NCBI RefSeq assembly: GCF_001194135.2
Contig: NC_068981.1
Span: 120,232,620 to 120,296,619 of the forward strand
Direction: 5' to 3'
DNA: 64,000 bases
From: Octopus bimaculoides
Taxonomy: Eukaryota
Shown here: positions 25,191 to 56,200 of the stretch, one piece after another
How the letters are laid out: the number at the start of each line of letters is the position of its first letter
Numbering within the stretch: position 1 is the first letter of the stretch
Position numbers and translations under genes: made by a program
Notes under the pieces: model-generated
The model's database searches: none
What the model saw: the letters and a program-made list of their open reading frames with translations, nothing else
Told to the model about the DNA's origin: nothing

Positions 25191-26691
25191 TAGATTTTGT
25201 AAAGCCTTAAATCATAATTGTAAAAATCTGAGGTACTCATAGGTACCTCTTGTGCCACACATCAGTGCACTGCAGTGTATTGTTTAAGACCTGCTATTCT
25301 AAAATTACATGAATTTGTTGTGTGCCTTGCTCTAGGAGCACAACTTAGGATTATCTGGAATTGTGCTTTGACTTCACTGCATGGTCCTGAGCAAGAACAT
25401 TTGAGTTCAGTTGTTTCTACAAAAAATCCAACTAAAGCTAGCATGAATAAAAACTGATGTGAAAAAAAGGAGAAATAAGGAATAAAAAAATTCCAATATT
25501 GATAAAATAAAATTTTAAAAAGTCATTTGGAATAGTTTTAGAACGTGTTAACTGCATTTGGTAACTTTTGAAAGTGTAACATTCTAATATGATGTAAAAG
25601 GAAAACGAAAAATGTGAAAGTTGATGGAAATATTTTAATCAACATCATCATTTAATGTCTGTTTTCCATGCATAAGTGCAGGCTTGGCTGTGTGGTTAAG
25701 AAACTTGCTTCCCAACCATGTTTTGGGTTCATTCCCACTCTGCAGAACCTAGGGCAAGTGTCTTCTACTATAGTCCTGGGTTGACCAAAGCCTTGTAAGA
25801 GAATATGGGAAACAAACGTTATATGATGAAAGCACTCATGCTAGTGCCAAGAGTAAAGCAATGTGGCAGTGCTATGAATAAAGCACTCATGCTGGTGCCA
25901 TGTAATAGCACTCATGCTGGTGCCATGTAATAGCACCCATGCTGGTACCATGTAAAAAGCAATCAACAAACTTTGTAAAGTGGTTGGCGTTAGGAAGGGC
26001 ATCCAGCTGTAGATACCATGCCAAAACAGACAACTGGGCTCTGGGCAGCTCGCCAGCTCCTGTCAAACCATCCAACACATGGCAGCATGGAAAACGGATG
26101 GTAAATGATGATGATATATATATATATATACATACGTGTGTGTGTTTGTCTTCCACTACTGCTTGACAACTGCTTATGTCCCTGTATAAATTAGTGGTTT
26201 GACCAAAGAGACCAATGGAACAAGTACCATGCTTGAAGAAAGTAAGCACTGGGATATGATTTGTTTGACTAAATCCTTCAAAGTAGTGCTCCAGCATGGT
26301 TGTAGTTCAAATGACTGAAACTAATAAGAGTTAAAAAATAATTTAAGAGGAATTTTCAAGGATGAGCAATTGTAAAAAGACACACTTGCTTTATTAAAAG
26401 TGTTAGCAAAGTGATATATAATGGTTTCTGTCACCAAAAATCCAAACTATGATCTGTTATTTCTTGCTCAATGATGCTCACCACAATTTAACAAAATATA
26501 TGCAAAAACAAATTTGAGTATGTTATAAAAATTTATTATCATCATCAAAAAAATAAATAACAAAAAGAAAAATCAAACTTGTAACATCTATAAGTGATCA
26601 GAATTTTCATACAGATGTTGCAGAGTTTGTGATGTACATACATAATGAGGACATGAATGAAGGTGAATGTGTTGTAAAACAAATGGATTCT

Positions 26692-26823
26692 TCATGGAAC
26701 TGGTGCATTAGCTTTGCGTAAAGCTAAATATGCAGTAACTAAATCACTGGGAAGCATTCGTAGTTGAGAGAATTCTTTGACATTATGATATCGTAACTTG
26801 CTTTGTGGATCTCTGTAATCAGA
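26692..26823 (-). CDS. INO80C: INO80C terminal exon SDYRDPQSKLRYHNVKEFSQLRMLPSDLVTAYLALRKANAPVP*
   Basis: ttttttcatttcag| acceptor, YL1_C-type motif, TGA stop; minus-strand AATAAA candidates at 26532-26537 and 26390-26395. Confidence 0.93.
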   Translation of the reverse strand, partial: SDYRDPQSKLRYHNVKEFSQLRMLPSDLVTAYLALRKANAPVP

Positions 26824-29800
26824 CTGAAATGAAAAAAATTATGTTAATTATTGATCTTAGTAAATGAAAGGCTGTATAGTTTACTACAACAGCTGCTATT
26901 GAGATATTTTTCTAGCAGCAATGCTATGTTCACATCAATCCTGCATCAGAAATCTATTTTTCTTTGAATCCCTATGCAGAGATAAAATTCTTCAGCAGTG
27001 CTCAGGTTGGTTATCGTGGGACCACCAACCCAAAGATCAAACTAAATATTAACTCTAGTATGCTCTCTCAGTTATCTTTCCAATCCAAGTAGATCTGTAA
27101 AGGTTATGAAAACTGCTCCTACTACTCAGTTTAACCAATAGAAAGCAAAGCACAACATATTTACAGTAAGAAATTTTTTTCTAATTCACTGTAATACAAA
27201 TAGATTCAATTTGTTGTTCTCTTTGTTCTTGCACTCCATATTTAGTATTAAATTACATAGGATTATCATCATTATTTAACGTCCACTTTCCATGCTGGCA
27301 TGACAAAAGCAATAGCTAAAATAAAGGCCTGACAACATTAAGTCAGCTCATCTTTCATTTCATCCTTAACTTAGGATAAAATTAGTACCAGTTATGTATG
27401 GGGAACAAAACTTGTGACTTATCAATGAAAGAAATCATTATTCATTTATTACATATGTATATATTTAAATGCCAAATTCTCACAGTTGATATTAACACAA
27501 ACAAATAGGAAACAAATTTTGTTTTTGAATTGTACTTACATGTAGACCAGATATATCTGAATATTTTTTTGCAGGTTTGAATGATGGTGGTCCCTCTATG
27601 CTACTGTCTGAAAATAGTAACAGTAAGGTGGAAAATTTTCACTAAAGAACTATTAAATTACAGTGTAACATGCTTTTTGTCCTTGCGTAACAACTGTTAT
27701 TTCCTATCTGCTTACCCCTATAAAGCATGAAAAATGGCTAATATTTCCTTCAAACTATGCTCTTGTTACATTTATTCAAACTCTAAAGAATCCCTCTCAA
27801 CACTTGGTTATGATGCTCCCCCCTCTACTCATACTCATGATCAGAGATGCTCAACTGGTTAAGGTCAAGCAACTGACAAGTAAATCTGTGGTATTGCACA
27901 GAATATTTGTTGTAACGTTATTTCTGATTCAGCAACTCAGCACTGAATCTGTTTGAAATGTGAAGGAAAACAGGTCAATTTCAAAACATTGATGTCCAGG
28001 TAACAAAAGAAAAGTTTGAAGGGAGTAGTCATTTCCCTTGATTTCTAGATAGAAGCAAATAAGAAATAACACTTATTGACCAAAGATTAAAAAAAAAAAA
28101 GAAAAATTTGTTACACAGTGTTAATAATTTCATTGATGCAAGAGGAATTAGAGGTTAACATTTTGGATTATTGATTGAAACTTATGAGCTCAAACACTAT
28201 CAAAATATTAAGTTATCTGGTTTAATAGAGTGAAATTTTATCAGTAGCCAGGTTAATGAAGATTTTGACATTTCAAGAAATAGACTGAAAGTGAATATAA
28301 CAGTATTTGTGTGTCCTTAAATGGCTAAAATGGTTCTTCCATGGAATAATTGCTTTAACTGAAAGCTGACATTACTTTCATTTCACTGTTTGAAGCTATA
28401 AAAAGAAATCTTTTGCTTCAACAATGAAAGGTAAAGTTGTAAATTTACAGAACCCATCATAGTTGAACATCCACTTTTCCATCCTTGCATGGGTCAGATA
28501 TAATTTATCAAAGTGAATTTTCTACAGTTGGATGCTCTTCTTGTTACGAACCCTCATATTCCCAAGTAAGGTTAATATGTCCCCATCATGAGACGCATCT
28601 TCAAAGATTGGAAACAAAGGTCACTGTTTGCATGACAGTGACGTTTGTTTACAACTACCATGAAGTCAAGGCAAGGTGACAGTAACACACACACGATGGG
28701 CTTCTTGCAATTTATGTCTACCAAAATCACTCACAAGGCTTTGGTCAGCCTAGGGCTATAGTAGAAGATACTTGCCCATGGTGCCATGCAGTGGGACTGA
28801 ACCTAAAGCCATATGGTTAGGAAACAAACTTTTTACCACACAGCCATGCCTGCACTAACCCAATTTAACCAAGTAACTGTGTCTTGGAACCTTCCTTTGT
28901 ATGTACTGGGGCCAGTGCCCATAATCTTTTCAAACCCACTTAGAACAATAAAATCAATATCATTAATGTTCCTATTGAACCTTTGCAAGTCAACACCTTT
29001 TGGAAAGACATGAGCAAGGAGGGAATTCCAAGGGTTCAATGATCTGGAAATGACTAGGCATAGTGATTAGTGTGGGGCCTGGTAGGGTTGGACACAGCAT
29101 AGCTGATGAGAGATGAGTGGGTCAGGAATGCCTGTCTGAGGAGGAAATGAGTCAGTCCCAAAAGAGCAAAGGCCATTACAGTTGCAGAAGAAAAGGCAGA
29201 GGGAGAGGAGACAACACAATTGCGGGTCAGAGGCTGGAACACTTCTGTGAGTAACTTTATGCGAATCAGATGAGTGGCTTTCATCAACCCTGAAAAGATG
29301 AAAGTTGACCTCGGAGAAATTTGAACTCAGAATGTAAAGACAGACAAAATGCCACGAAGTATTTTGTCCAGCATGCCAACAATCTTGCCAGTTCATAATG
29401 ACACCAAACCTAAAAGAGTTTGTCCTTATTCAACAGGGACACTCTGATGGCACAAATTGACCAACAGAAGGAGGAGGAGGTGGCGGTGAAGATGGTGATG
29501 ATGATGACAACAATGATGATTAATTCAGGGTAAACTTATATTAATATTGGAATATCTAATTTCAGTGATTAGCTATTCTCAATACATAGGTATCAATGAT
29601 AAAAACAAATGTCTAAGATGATTTTCTTTTGTTAACATTCAGATAAACAGTGTGATGTGATAAAGACTTACAAGTGACAGCACTGACTGGCCATTGTACA
29701 GCTCGCTCAGATGCTACTATTTGTTTCAGGTTTTTCCATCCTCTTTTCTTGGCACCAGCTGCTCCTTTTGTAGAATGCTTAAATAGAGTCAATGTAGGAA

Positions 29801-30028
29801 AATGTGTAAGGATTCGGGAGATACATGTAGTCTTTTACTTTCTTTCTTTTACTTGTTTCAGTCATTTGACTGTAGCCATGCTGGAGCACTGTCTTTAGTC
29901 AAACAAGTCAACCCCAGGACTTATTGTATCGGTTTCTTTTGCTGAACTGCTAAGTTATGGAGATCTAAACACACCAACAATGGTTGTCAAACGACAGTTG
30001 GGGGACAAACACAGACACACACACACAC

Positions 30029-30059
<31 letters not shown>

Positions 30060-33000
30060 CAATGAGATTCTTTCAGTTTCTGTCTACCAAATTCACTCAC
30101 AAGGCTTTGGTTGGCTCGAGACTATAGTAGAAGACATTTGCCCAAGGTGCCACATAGTGAGACTGAACCCAGAACCATGTGGTTGGGAAGCAAGCTTCTA
30201 ACCACTTTTTTTTTTGTTTTTTCACAGAAATTTTGTTAAACACACACAAAATGACTTTGCATCGCTGAATTAGTTGAACAGGAACAGACACTAGCTAGCA
30301 TTGCTGAGTTGGTCAGCCAGAAACAGTTCTGTTCAGCTAGCTCAGTATTATCAAGCTAGTTTCTATATCTGATTAACTCAATAATGTGAAGCTAGTTTTG
30401 CACAGATGATTTGATCGAACACACACACAAAAAAAAAAAAAACCTCTCTAGTTTGACACTGTTCAGTTGGCAAAACAGATGTAGAAATTAGCTTGATAAT
30501 GCTGAGCTAATTAAACAGAAACTAGTTTTATATTAATGAGTTGGTCAGACATAAAAACTAACATTGCTGAATTAATTGCCTCTGGCCACTGAGTTATTTT
30601 TCTCAGCTCATTTTTATTTAAATTATGCAAATTACCTAAGCCATAAATGTGTCCTACTCTTTTATGTATAAGTCTAAGTCTCATGGTTACTGGAGATAAA
30701 GTTTGGACAATTGTCATATTGATAAAGGCTACTGAAGCAGAAACAAACATCCTTGGCTGCCCTCTTCAGATCATAATCCTGTCTTTGTCTTTAGTATCAT
30801 GTCAGTTTTGGAAAATTCTTGATTCTTGAGATCATCTCTACTTCTTAAATGGAGCTGGTCTTTGTTGTTATTTGATACAGAAGTGAAGATAATTTTGATA
30901 AATCAAGAATTATGTTTTATGGTATTTGATATGCCTGTGTTGTTCAAATACATGCTATTGGCCACTCTTAGTTATTTCTCTCAGGTCATTTCTATTTAAA
31001 TTATAGAAACTAGCTTGATAATGGTTAAACAGAAGCAAGCTTTACATTGATGAGTTGGTCAGACAGAAACTAATATTGCTAAGTTTGTAAAATATGTAGA
31101 AACAGCTTCTTTTTAATCATCATTATTTTCATGGCTATTATTATTGCTATCAATGAAACAACTCAATGAAGTGATGGATTCATGGTTCAAATCCTGTTAG
31201 CAGGTCTGTTTCTCTATTCTACCTTATACGGGAGTTTATAAAGAATAACAACACCATCAAACAAGTGAATATTATGAAATAATGCAAATCTCTTAAAGCT
31301 AAAAATATATACCACAAAATTAGGATCTTTAAAAATTGGAATTCTCTCAACATATTCTGTTGTTGTCATATTTGGATCTTCCAGTTCTTCATTTTCTATT
31401 GGCGGAAGAGGAGGAATCTGTTAGTTGAAAATAAAATACAAAAAAAGGTGAATATTTCAAGACAGGCAGTAGAACAAATAGAATATTTTAGGGAAGATTA
31501 TTTTATCAAAATAATCTAGAAGCAAATGTAAATTTTATTTTCATTCTTTTTTAATTCTTGTTCATGGATATAACAGAAACAGTAAAGTATTAAACAAAAT
31601 ATTTTGTATTTTGTTATATTCCTATACATTCTATCCCACCTAGATACACTTTATCTATCATAGTTTTGAGGCTGTAAAATAAGTACAATGTTGGTAAAAA
31701 TAACTATCAGAAATGGTGTAAACAATTATATCTTGGAAGACAATACCCCCAGAATTGGCATCAGAGATGAAACAGTGAGGTACCACTGTAAAACATCTGT
31801 TCCAATCTACTGCTGTCTCAGTTGCCTCTGTTATCTTTGCTAAACTGAAATATGGATTTTTTATATTGAAGTTCAGGAACAAATATTGAAGGGAAACATG
31901 TATAGTTGAATCACTTCTAATATGTTAATAATATTTATTTTATTCTTGAAGGTGGCAGGCTGGCAGAACCATTAGCACACTGGGCAAAATGCTTGGTAAC
32001 ATTTCATCCAACTTTATGCTCTGAGTTCAAGTTCTGCCAAAGTCATCTTTGCCTTTCATCCCTTTCTGGATCAATAAAATAAGTACCAGTTGAACACTAG
32101 GGTTGATGTAACTGACTTCCCCCTCCCCCAAAGTAGCTGGCCTTGTACCAAAATTTGAAACCAATATTCATTTTATTGATCCTGGGAAGATTAAAGATGT
32201 AGATCAAGGGATTCTCAAACAGGAGGAACTTAGTTTTTAGGAAAGAATTTCAAACAATTGAATATATCAGTGAGAATTTCACTAAAATAATCTAGGAGTA
32301 TAACTAAATAAAAAAATTCTTTTTCCAAAATTCTGGTGACCTCCTCTTTTCTCAATATCCAATATCTGTACACTTCTAATACTCTATACACACACATATA
32401 TATCGTCTGAAATATAAATTAATGAAAGCTATGTTGTCATGATTTCATTATTACCCACTTTTTTTTTTACGTTTGATGATGCTTTTGGCCTTCACAACAA
32501 TGTATTTGGGTATTGAATCAAAGGTGAGTTTTACGAACCATTGAAATACAACTGGTTTTTTTTTTTATAATTTGATAGCAATGTAATAAAGAGAATTAAA
32601 TTTATAAATTGTTTCAATAATTATTAACGTAAAAATCTAACAGAGAGAAAAAAATTAAATGAAAAAACCTAGGATTGCAAGGGGAAGAATGTGACTTAAA
32701 CCTAAAAGCAAGAAGCTGAATTATTGTAATGCATTTATTTTAGTGCTCAACTGAACTGGTTACTTCCACTTTCTTTGAGATCAAATATAAACAAGTCTGC
32801 AATAAAATATAAAGGGAGAGCAAACTGATACAGTCAAGATCACTAATAGATGTAATGAGTGTCAAAGATATAGTGGTTATGTCACAAAAAGTTATATACA
32901 TGCAACTTATTGTCTAAGAAAAGGGATACAGACCAGTATAGTCTAGTGCCAATGAAAAATCGGACAGGGACCTGTGTTACTGTGTCTCTAAACCATTCAA

Positions 33001-33870
33001 AAACAACGAGGTATACTGATCTGTATTTCTTAGTTTTTCATACACAAAGAACTAAAATAGCCTGTTTCCATTATGTAGACTATATAAGCTAATCATTCCC
33101 AAACCTGAAGGACACAGAGCTGGTGCTCCAGCTTCTCTAAGGCTGAGTGGATTAAAGATAATTGCTTCTTTGGAGAAAATCATGAACGATCACAGCCTTT
33201 TGCAGTGGAAGAACTCAACTCAATACTGCAAGCCAACACCTATGGTGTTTGGTGCAGCAGCTACCTACAGTGATAAACTAATACCACTTCTGGTATGTAC
33301 TTAGATCTATGTAGACTTAGCCAAGGAATCAACACAGTCCTAATTACAGAGTACAAAGTACTGAACCTTAAGTTTGTCGTTTGATATCCTGTCTACTCAC
33401 ACCTTATGTCAGCTTGTCCTGACTTAACTGATTCCAACTCTCTTATAGGTCCCAAACTTCATACCAACATGAAGGGGGCATATAAACAGATAAAAAAAAA
33501 TAGGCCATGTTTATAACAACAATGAAAAATATCTATGTCCTCTATAACAATTCCACTCATACCTAGAAAGCTTTATAGCAATTTTAATCGACCTAGATAT
33601 GATTTAAATTCAAAGCATAAATGCAACTAAATGCCGCAAGCATTTTGTTTAATGCTATAAGGATTCTGTCAACCGGTAGCCTTTAAATGAATTAAAATGA
33701 AAAGAAAAGCTTTTCAATTTGAAATTTTAAATAGAAATTAGCATGTTATTCAAACTTACAGGATTCGATTTCTTCTTTTTCGATGCTGGAGGGGCACCCA
33801 AAGAACTGCCTGTGGAACTTTTTAATTTTGTTGATTTCCGTTTCGATGGACTTTTGCCGATTGTCGCCAT
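26692..33870 (-). CDS. INO80C: INO80 complex subunit C (IES6 / YL1_C family), complete, 173 aa. Exons 33760-33870, 31313-31417, 29672-29777, 27540-27607, 26692-26823
   Basis: Five GT-AG exons join in frame (522 nt). Protein contains ASKKKK, PIFKDPNFV|HS, WKNLKQIVASERA, SIEGPPSFKPAKKYSDISGL, DPQSKLRY..EF..LR.LPSDLVTAYLALRKA, closely matching human INO80C as I recall it. Confidence 0.95.
27540..27607 (-). CDS. INO80C: INO80C exon (Y)SSIEGPPSFKPAKKYSDISGLH
   Basis: ttttcag| acceptor, |gtaagt donor, PPSFKPAKKYSD.SGL motif. Confidence 0.93.
29672..29777 (-). CDS. INO80C: INO80C exon HSTKGAAGAKKRGWKNLKQIVASERAVQWPVSAVT(Y)
   Basis: tatttaag| acceptor, |gtaagt donor, WKNLKQI motif. Confidence 0.93.
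29831..30205 (-). mobile_element. SINE family A
   Basis: Reverse copy in INO80C intron 2. Confidence 0.8.
31313..31417 (-). CDS. INO80C: INO80C exon IPPLPPIENEELEDPNMTTTEYVERIPIFKDPNFV
   Basis: ttttcaactaacag| acceptor, |gtatat donor, FKDPNF motif. Confidence 0.9.
31951..32168 (+). mobile_element. SINE family B
   Basis: Same head and body, diverged. Confidence 0.75.
33760..33870 (-). CDS. INO80C: INO80C coding exon 1 MATIGKSPSKRKSTKLKSSTGSSLGAPPASKKKKSNP
   Basis: ATG at 33870 in aaaaATGG context, |gtaagt donor, basic NLS-like segment. Confidence 0.88.
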
Positions 33871-35200
33871 TTTTAATATTGATATTGTTTGCTTTGATGT
33901 AACAAGTTAATTTTATCAATTTAAAATTGCCATAACTGACAGAATAAAACGAAACGTCACTAAATATATTAATATAAAATATTTTAATTGAATAATAGCT
34001 GAAATTAAATTCACTAAAAGGATTGACTTAGTTTACGAAACTTACATTTTTTGCTTTGAAGCAAAGCTACTTCTAATCAAATAACTGAACCTGCTACGAT
34101 GTCTCAGATGTAAACAATGTTATATTTTTAATTGAATATTTATTTCCTCCTGTGATTAGCATCAATTGCTCCTTTGTTTATTCGAAGAATAATTGACATT
34201 GTGTTACTTAAAATATTATTCTTGAAATATATCCTCAACCGTCATATTTTGTTATACTAAACTGTAAATAAGTGTATCTACCTCGAGCACTCCTGAAGTT
34301 CTCAAGTAATTTAAGAAATATGTTCATTCATTCTGGTTAAACATTTTTAGGTTGATAAATTAAAAAAAGAATCCCCGAAACATTAATATTTGAGAAATGA
34401 TATAGTTGTTAATGACCTCATAAAAAACAGCTCTTAGTCAATTTAACTACCCTAACGAAATTTAGAATTCCTTTGCTTGAAGTCAGCTCTGATCGGGTAG
34501 GCCTATGATGAAAGGCACCCAAGCTGTTATACTGACTTTCCGAGTATTTCATGTATTGTATATTATTAGTCAGTGTCTCCTTTTTCTTTAAGGCGGTAGA
34601 GTGTAAATCAAAGGGAGAGTTGACTGCTATTAATAGCTAGTCGCTTGATCACGTAGAGATTCATGTAAAAAAAAAACAAAATGAATAAAAGCTAGAAGCG
34701 GTTGAGCGCAGGACAATATTTAGTTTGGGCTTCGCCTGTCTTTACGTTCTGAGTTCAAATTCCGCCGAGGTCGACTTTTCCCTTCATCCTTTCGGTAGTC
34801 GACAAATTAAGTATCAGTTGCGTACTAGAGTCGATCTAATCGACTGGCCCCCTCCCAAAAAATTTCGGGCCTTGTGCCTAGAGTTGAAAAGAATATTTAG
34901 TTTGGACTTCTATATTCTAAGTTCAAATCCCCTCAAAGATTACATTTTTCTGGAGATCATTTAGACGTACTGCAGTCAATTCCTCTGTGAAGTTAGGATA
35001 CTTTGCCAGCATAAAAAAACCAGTAATAAATGTTATGATTAAGTTACAAGATTTTCTTATGCTAATAATTAAAAATACAGAATTTCTTTCCATTTCTAGC
35101 TAAGAATGAATATAGCTATCTTGATTTCTGAGTTATGGTGTTCATCACAAGAGAAATGTAATACATGAAGTATCGTACAAACAGGTATGATATTTCCAGT
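33871..35200. promoter_or_regulatory. Probable divergent promoter and 5'UTR region shared by INO80C (-) and METTL5 (+)
   Basis: The genes are head-to-head. Minus-strand acceptor (ttttattctgtcag at 33936) and donor (gtaagt at 34045) define a 110-nt 5'UTR intron of INO80C. A candidate METTL5 non-coding exon lies at 35100-35184. TSSs were not located. Confidence 0.55.
34730..34898 (+). mobile_element. SINE family B, 5'-truncated, CpG-rich
   Basis: 3' half highly similar to the 35511-35728 copy. Confidence 0.8.
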
Positions 35201-35510
35201 AATTTCCATCAAATACAAACTCATATATTCCTATAAAATACATCCTTGAACTAATAACAGAACCATTACCACTTAGATTAACTCAATAAATTACCTGTCA
35301 TACAGACAGTATAGTATTGATTGGTATTTTGTTATCTGCAGTCAGTTGTCACGACTATGACTGTTCGTGGCTTTGGCATGACTTCATATGATTTCTCCAT
35401 ACTGGTTGGGTTTTCTCTTGTATCAAGTCAGCAAATTATTAGTGGTATAGACAGCTAATCGGCAGTCATTAGAGTGTCAGCATGCCATACAATATTTGTT
35501 CCAGCTTTAT

Positions 35511-35728
35511 GGCGGTGAGCTGGCAGAAACATTAGCACGACAGGCGAACTGCTTAGCAGTATTTCGTGTCTTTTTGTTCTGAGTTCAAATTCTGCCAAGA
35601 TCGAATTTGCCTTTCATCCTTTTCGGGGTCGATAAATTAAGTATCAGTTGCATACTGGGGTCGATCTAATCGACTGGCCCCCTCTCCAAAAAATTTCGGG
35701 CCTTGTGCCTAGAGTAGAAAAGAATATT
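35511..35728 (+). mobile_element. tRNA-derived SINE family B (Nin/Deu-domain-like)
   Basis: ggcggtgagctggcagaa head, gagttcaaattc B-box, tttgcctttcatccttttcggggtcgataaattaagta body. Other copies near 17200, 17330, 21010, 22100, 22300, 29270 (-), 31951, 34730, 38029, 58690. Confidence 0.8.
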
Positions 35729-37493
35729 TGTTCCAGCTTTGTGCACTTTGAGTTCAAATCCCACTGAAGTCTTTTCTGTTGTTTGGGGGTCATTAAATAA
35801 AGTACTGGTCTAGTATTGGAGTCATTTCCTCACTTCTCTTGTTGTCTCTGTCTGTCTGTCCCCACCACTCTCTCCTGCTTTCTGAAATAACTGTATTGAA
35901 GGGCCCAAGAAAGGTCCATTCACTTTGTAGCTCCACCAAACCGCACATCACTACTGTGGACTTGATAAGAAAGAAAGAGGCTAGTGATTTTGCACAGTTT
36001 GTAACAGGGTTTGAACCTCTAGTTTGTATTTCATTTGATTCAAATCTTTGGAAATGAAAAACATTGCCACTCAACACCACTACAATTCAATTCTACTTCA
36101 CCTGATTGAGAAATAAAATTGTGTATCAGTTTTTTTTTCTATTATTGTATTTCTCGGTTTCAAGGATACTCTTTCTTTTAAAAATATGTCTTGAAAATTT
36201 ACTGTGTGTAGTGGATAAAGATTACCTGTTTTCATATGCCAGTTTTAATCTCAGAAGAGAGTTATCTATGCTAAACTCAGTGTGTTTCGGTAGTGTAAGT
36301 AAAAGAAGAATTTAGACTCCAAGTGATCAACAGGATCTGTGTGTTACAAAGACATTTACAAAACATCTAGTGAAAGTTCTCATACCTTGTTTTTATGTTT
36401 ATTGTCCTTTACCAAATTTTAAAGCCAAAATTGGGGTGCATCTTCAAGGCTGGTGTATCTTTATGTCAAGAATTGTGGTATGTATTTCTGGTTATAAATT
36501 TATGGATTTTTATGAATTGAACAAGTCACTGAGAGTGGATTTTCAACTGCTGTCTACATAAACTTGTATACACAAATCAATGAAGGAGCTTTAATGTGGT
36601 CACTCAAGCTGTTAGATGTAACAACCAAATTTCCTTAGAATCACACATACTATCTTGAGAAAAAAAGGGCATATTCATCATCATCATTATCATTTAACGT
36701 CCACCTTCCATGCTGGCATGGGTGGGACAGTTTGACAGGAGCCGACCAGGCAGAAGCCAGCACCAGACTTCTATGGCTGTTTTTGCAGGGTTTTTATAGC
36801 TGGATGCTCTTCCTAACACCAACCACTCAGCAGAGTGGACTGGATAACATAATCTGGAGTACAGTAGGACTTAACAGGAACAAAGTAGGATAGTCATGGC
36901 AGGAATTTCTTGGATCATAGATCTACTCAATCATGTGCGATCTGGAATTAAACAACAACTATAGACACACATGAGGAACTAGAAGTAATAATCAAATGTC
37001 CTTTAAATTTCACTCATTTTATAAAGGAAGCACACATTAGGTAGATAATGAGTCCTTGATAATCAGTTTGAAAAACAAATGGTCTTGCTTACTGATATGT
37101 TTGTTAGATCAGTGCTTTCCTGGGGTTAAACAGCAATAACTACAACAACAACAACATACACACATCACAATACTTTTCTAAACATATTTAGTATCTCCTT
37201 AGTTCAATGACTTTTGAATGCTTTGTAGCTGTTCTGTACTGTGTCTATATTTAAAACCCCTCAATGACCAAGCCTTCTGCTGTAAGTAGTGGCAGCATTA
37301 AAATTAACAAGTGCTCCATTGGTTACAGTCTTAAATTCAACTCTTGTAAGTGTTGCCAGAATAGAATCTAAGCCCCACTAGCCCCTTCCATAGGGCAATA
37401 ATATTGATCATTCATTGATAAGAGAAGAAGTCAAGTAATTGAATCAGTCATCTCATAGTAGGTAAATCATTGAAGGAATGCTTTGTTTTAAAA

Positions 37494-55734
<18,241 letters not shown>

Positions 55735-55737
55735 TCT

Positions 55738-55743
55738 AATAAA
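55738..55743 (+). terminator. METTL5 proximal poly(A) signal (second copy at 56145-56150)
   Basis: AATAAA 3 nt after the stop codon, followed by a GT/T-rich stretch. Confidence 0.5.
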
Positions 55744-55788
55744 TAACCTTTTGCTCTAATAACATTTTTATCTGTTGTTGTTCTATGT

Positions 55789-56070
55789 AGGTGTGGTGGT
55801 TAAGAAGCTTGCTTCTAAACCATGTGGTCTTGGGTTCAGTCCCACTGTATAGCACCTTGGGCAAGTGTTTTCTACTATAGCACTGGGCTGACCAATGCCT
55901 TGTTAATGGATACTGAAAGAAGCTTTTTGTATATGTTTGTGTGTATACACCTTGTCTTGATATCTCCTGATGATTGTAAAGGAGCATGTTGTTTGTTTCC
56001 AGTCTTCTATGAACAATATGCCTGGCCATGAGGAAATATTACCTTACTTGGAAACTGGTGAGGATTGGTA
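55789..56070 (+). mobile_element. SINE family A variant, 3'-truncated, lying between the 125-bp direct repeats
   Basis: Head gtggtggttaagaagcttgc...ggttcagtccc, body gggcaagtg; normal tail absent. Confidence 0.75.
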
Positions 56071-56200
56071 ATAAAAAGAAATCTGTTGATATTGATGTTG
56101 ATTTCCTTAGACTGTCATTTCAATCAAACTCTCAGACTTGATCTAATAAATAACCTTTTCCTCTAATAACATTTTTATCTGTTGTTGTTCTATGTGATAA

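Noticed and set aside
25830-25960. CRISPR-like short repeat arrays (24-bp units here; ~60-bp units at 7370-7700 and 19600-19830)
   Set aside because: No unique spacers, eukaryotic context, and they are internal tandem units of the RTE-type 3'UTR.
32470-32529. Perfect plus-strand donor AAG|GTGAGT inside INO80C intron 1 (antisense or alternative METTL5 first exon?)
   Set aside because: A single motif with no AG acceptor after the T-tract and no other support.
56071-56141. Second METTL5 terminal exon or paralog
   Set aside because: It covers only the last ~22 codons and has no usable acceptor restoring the frame; treated as a local duplication.
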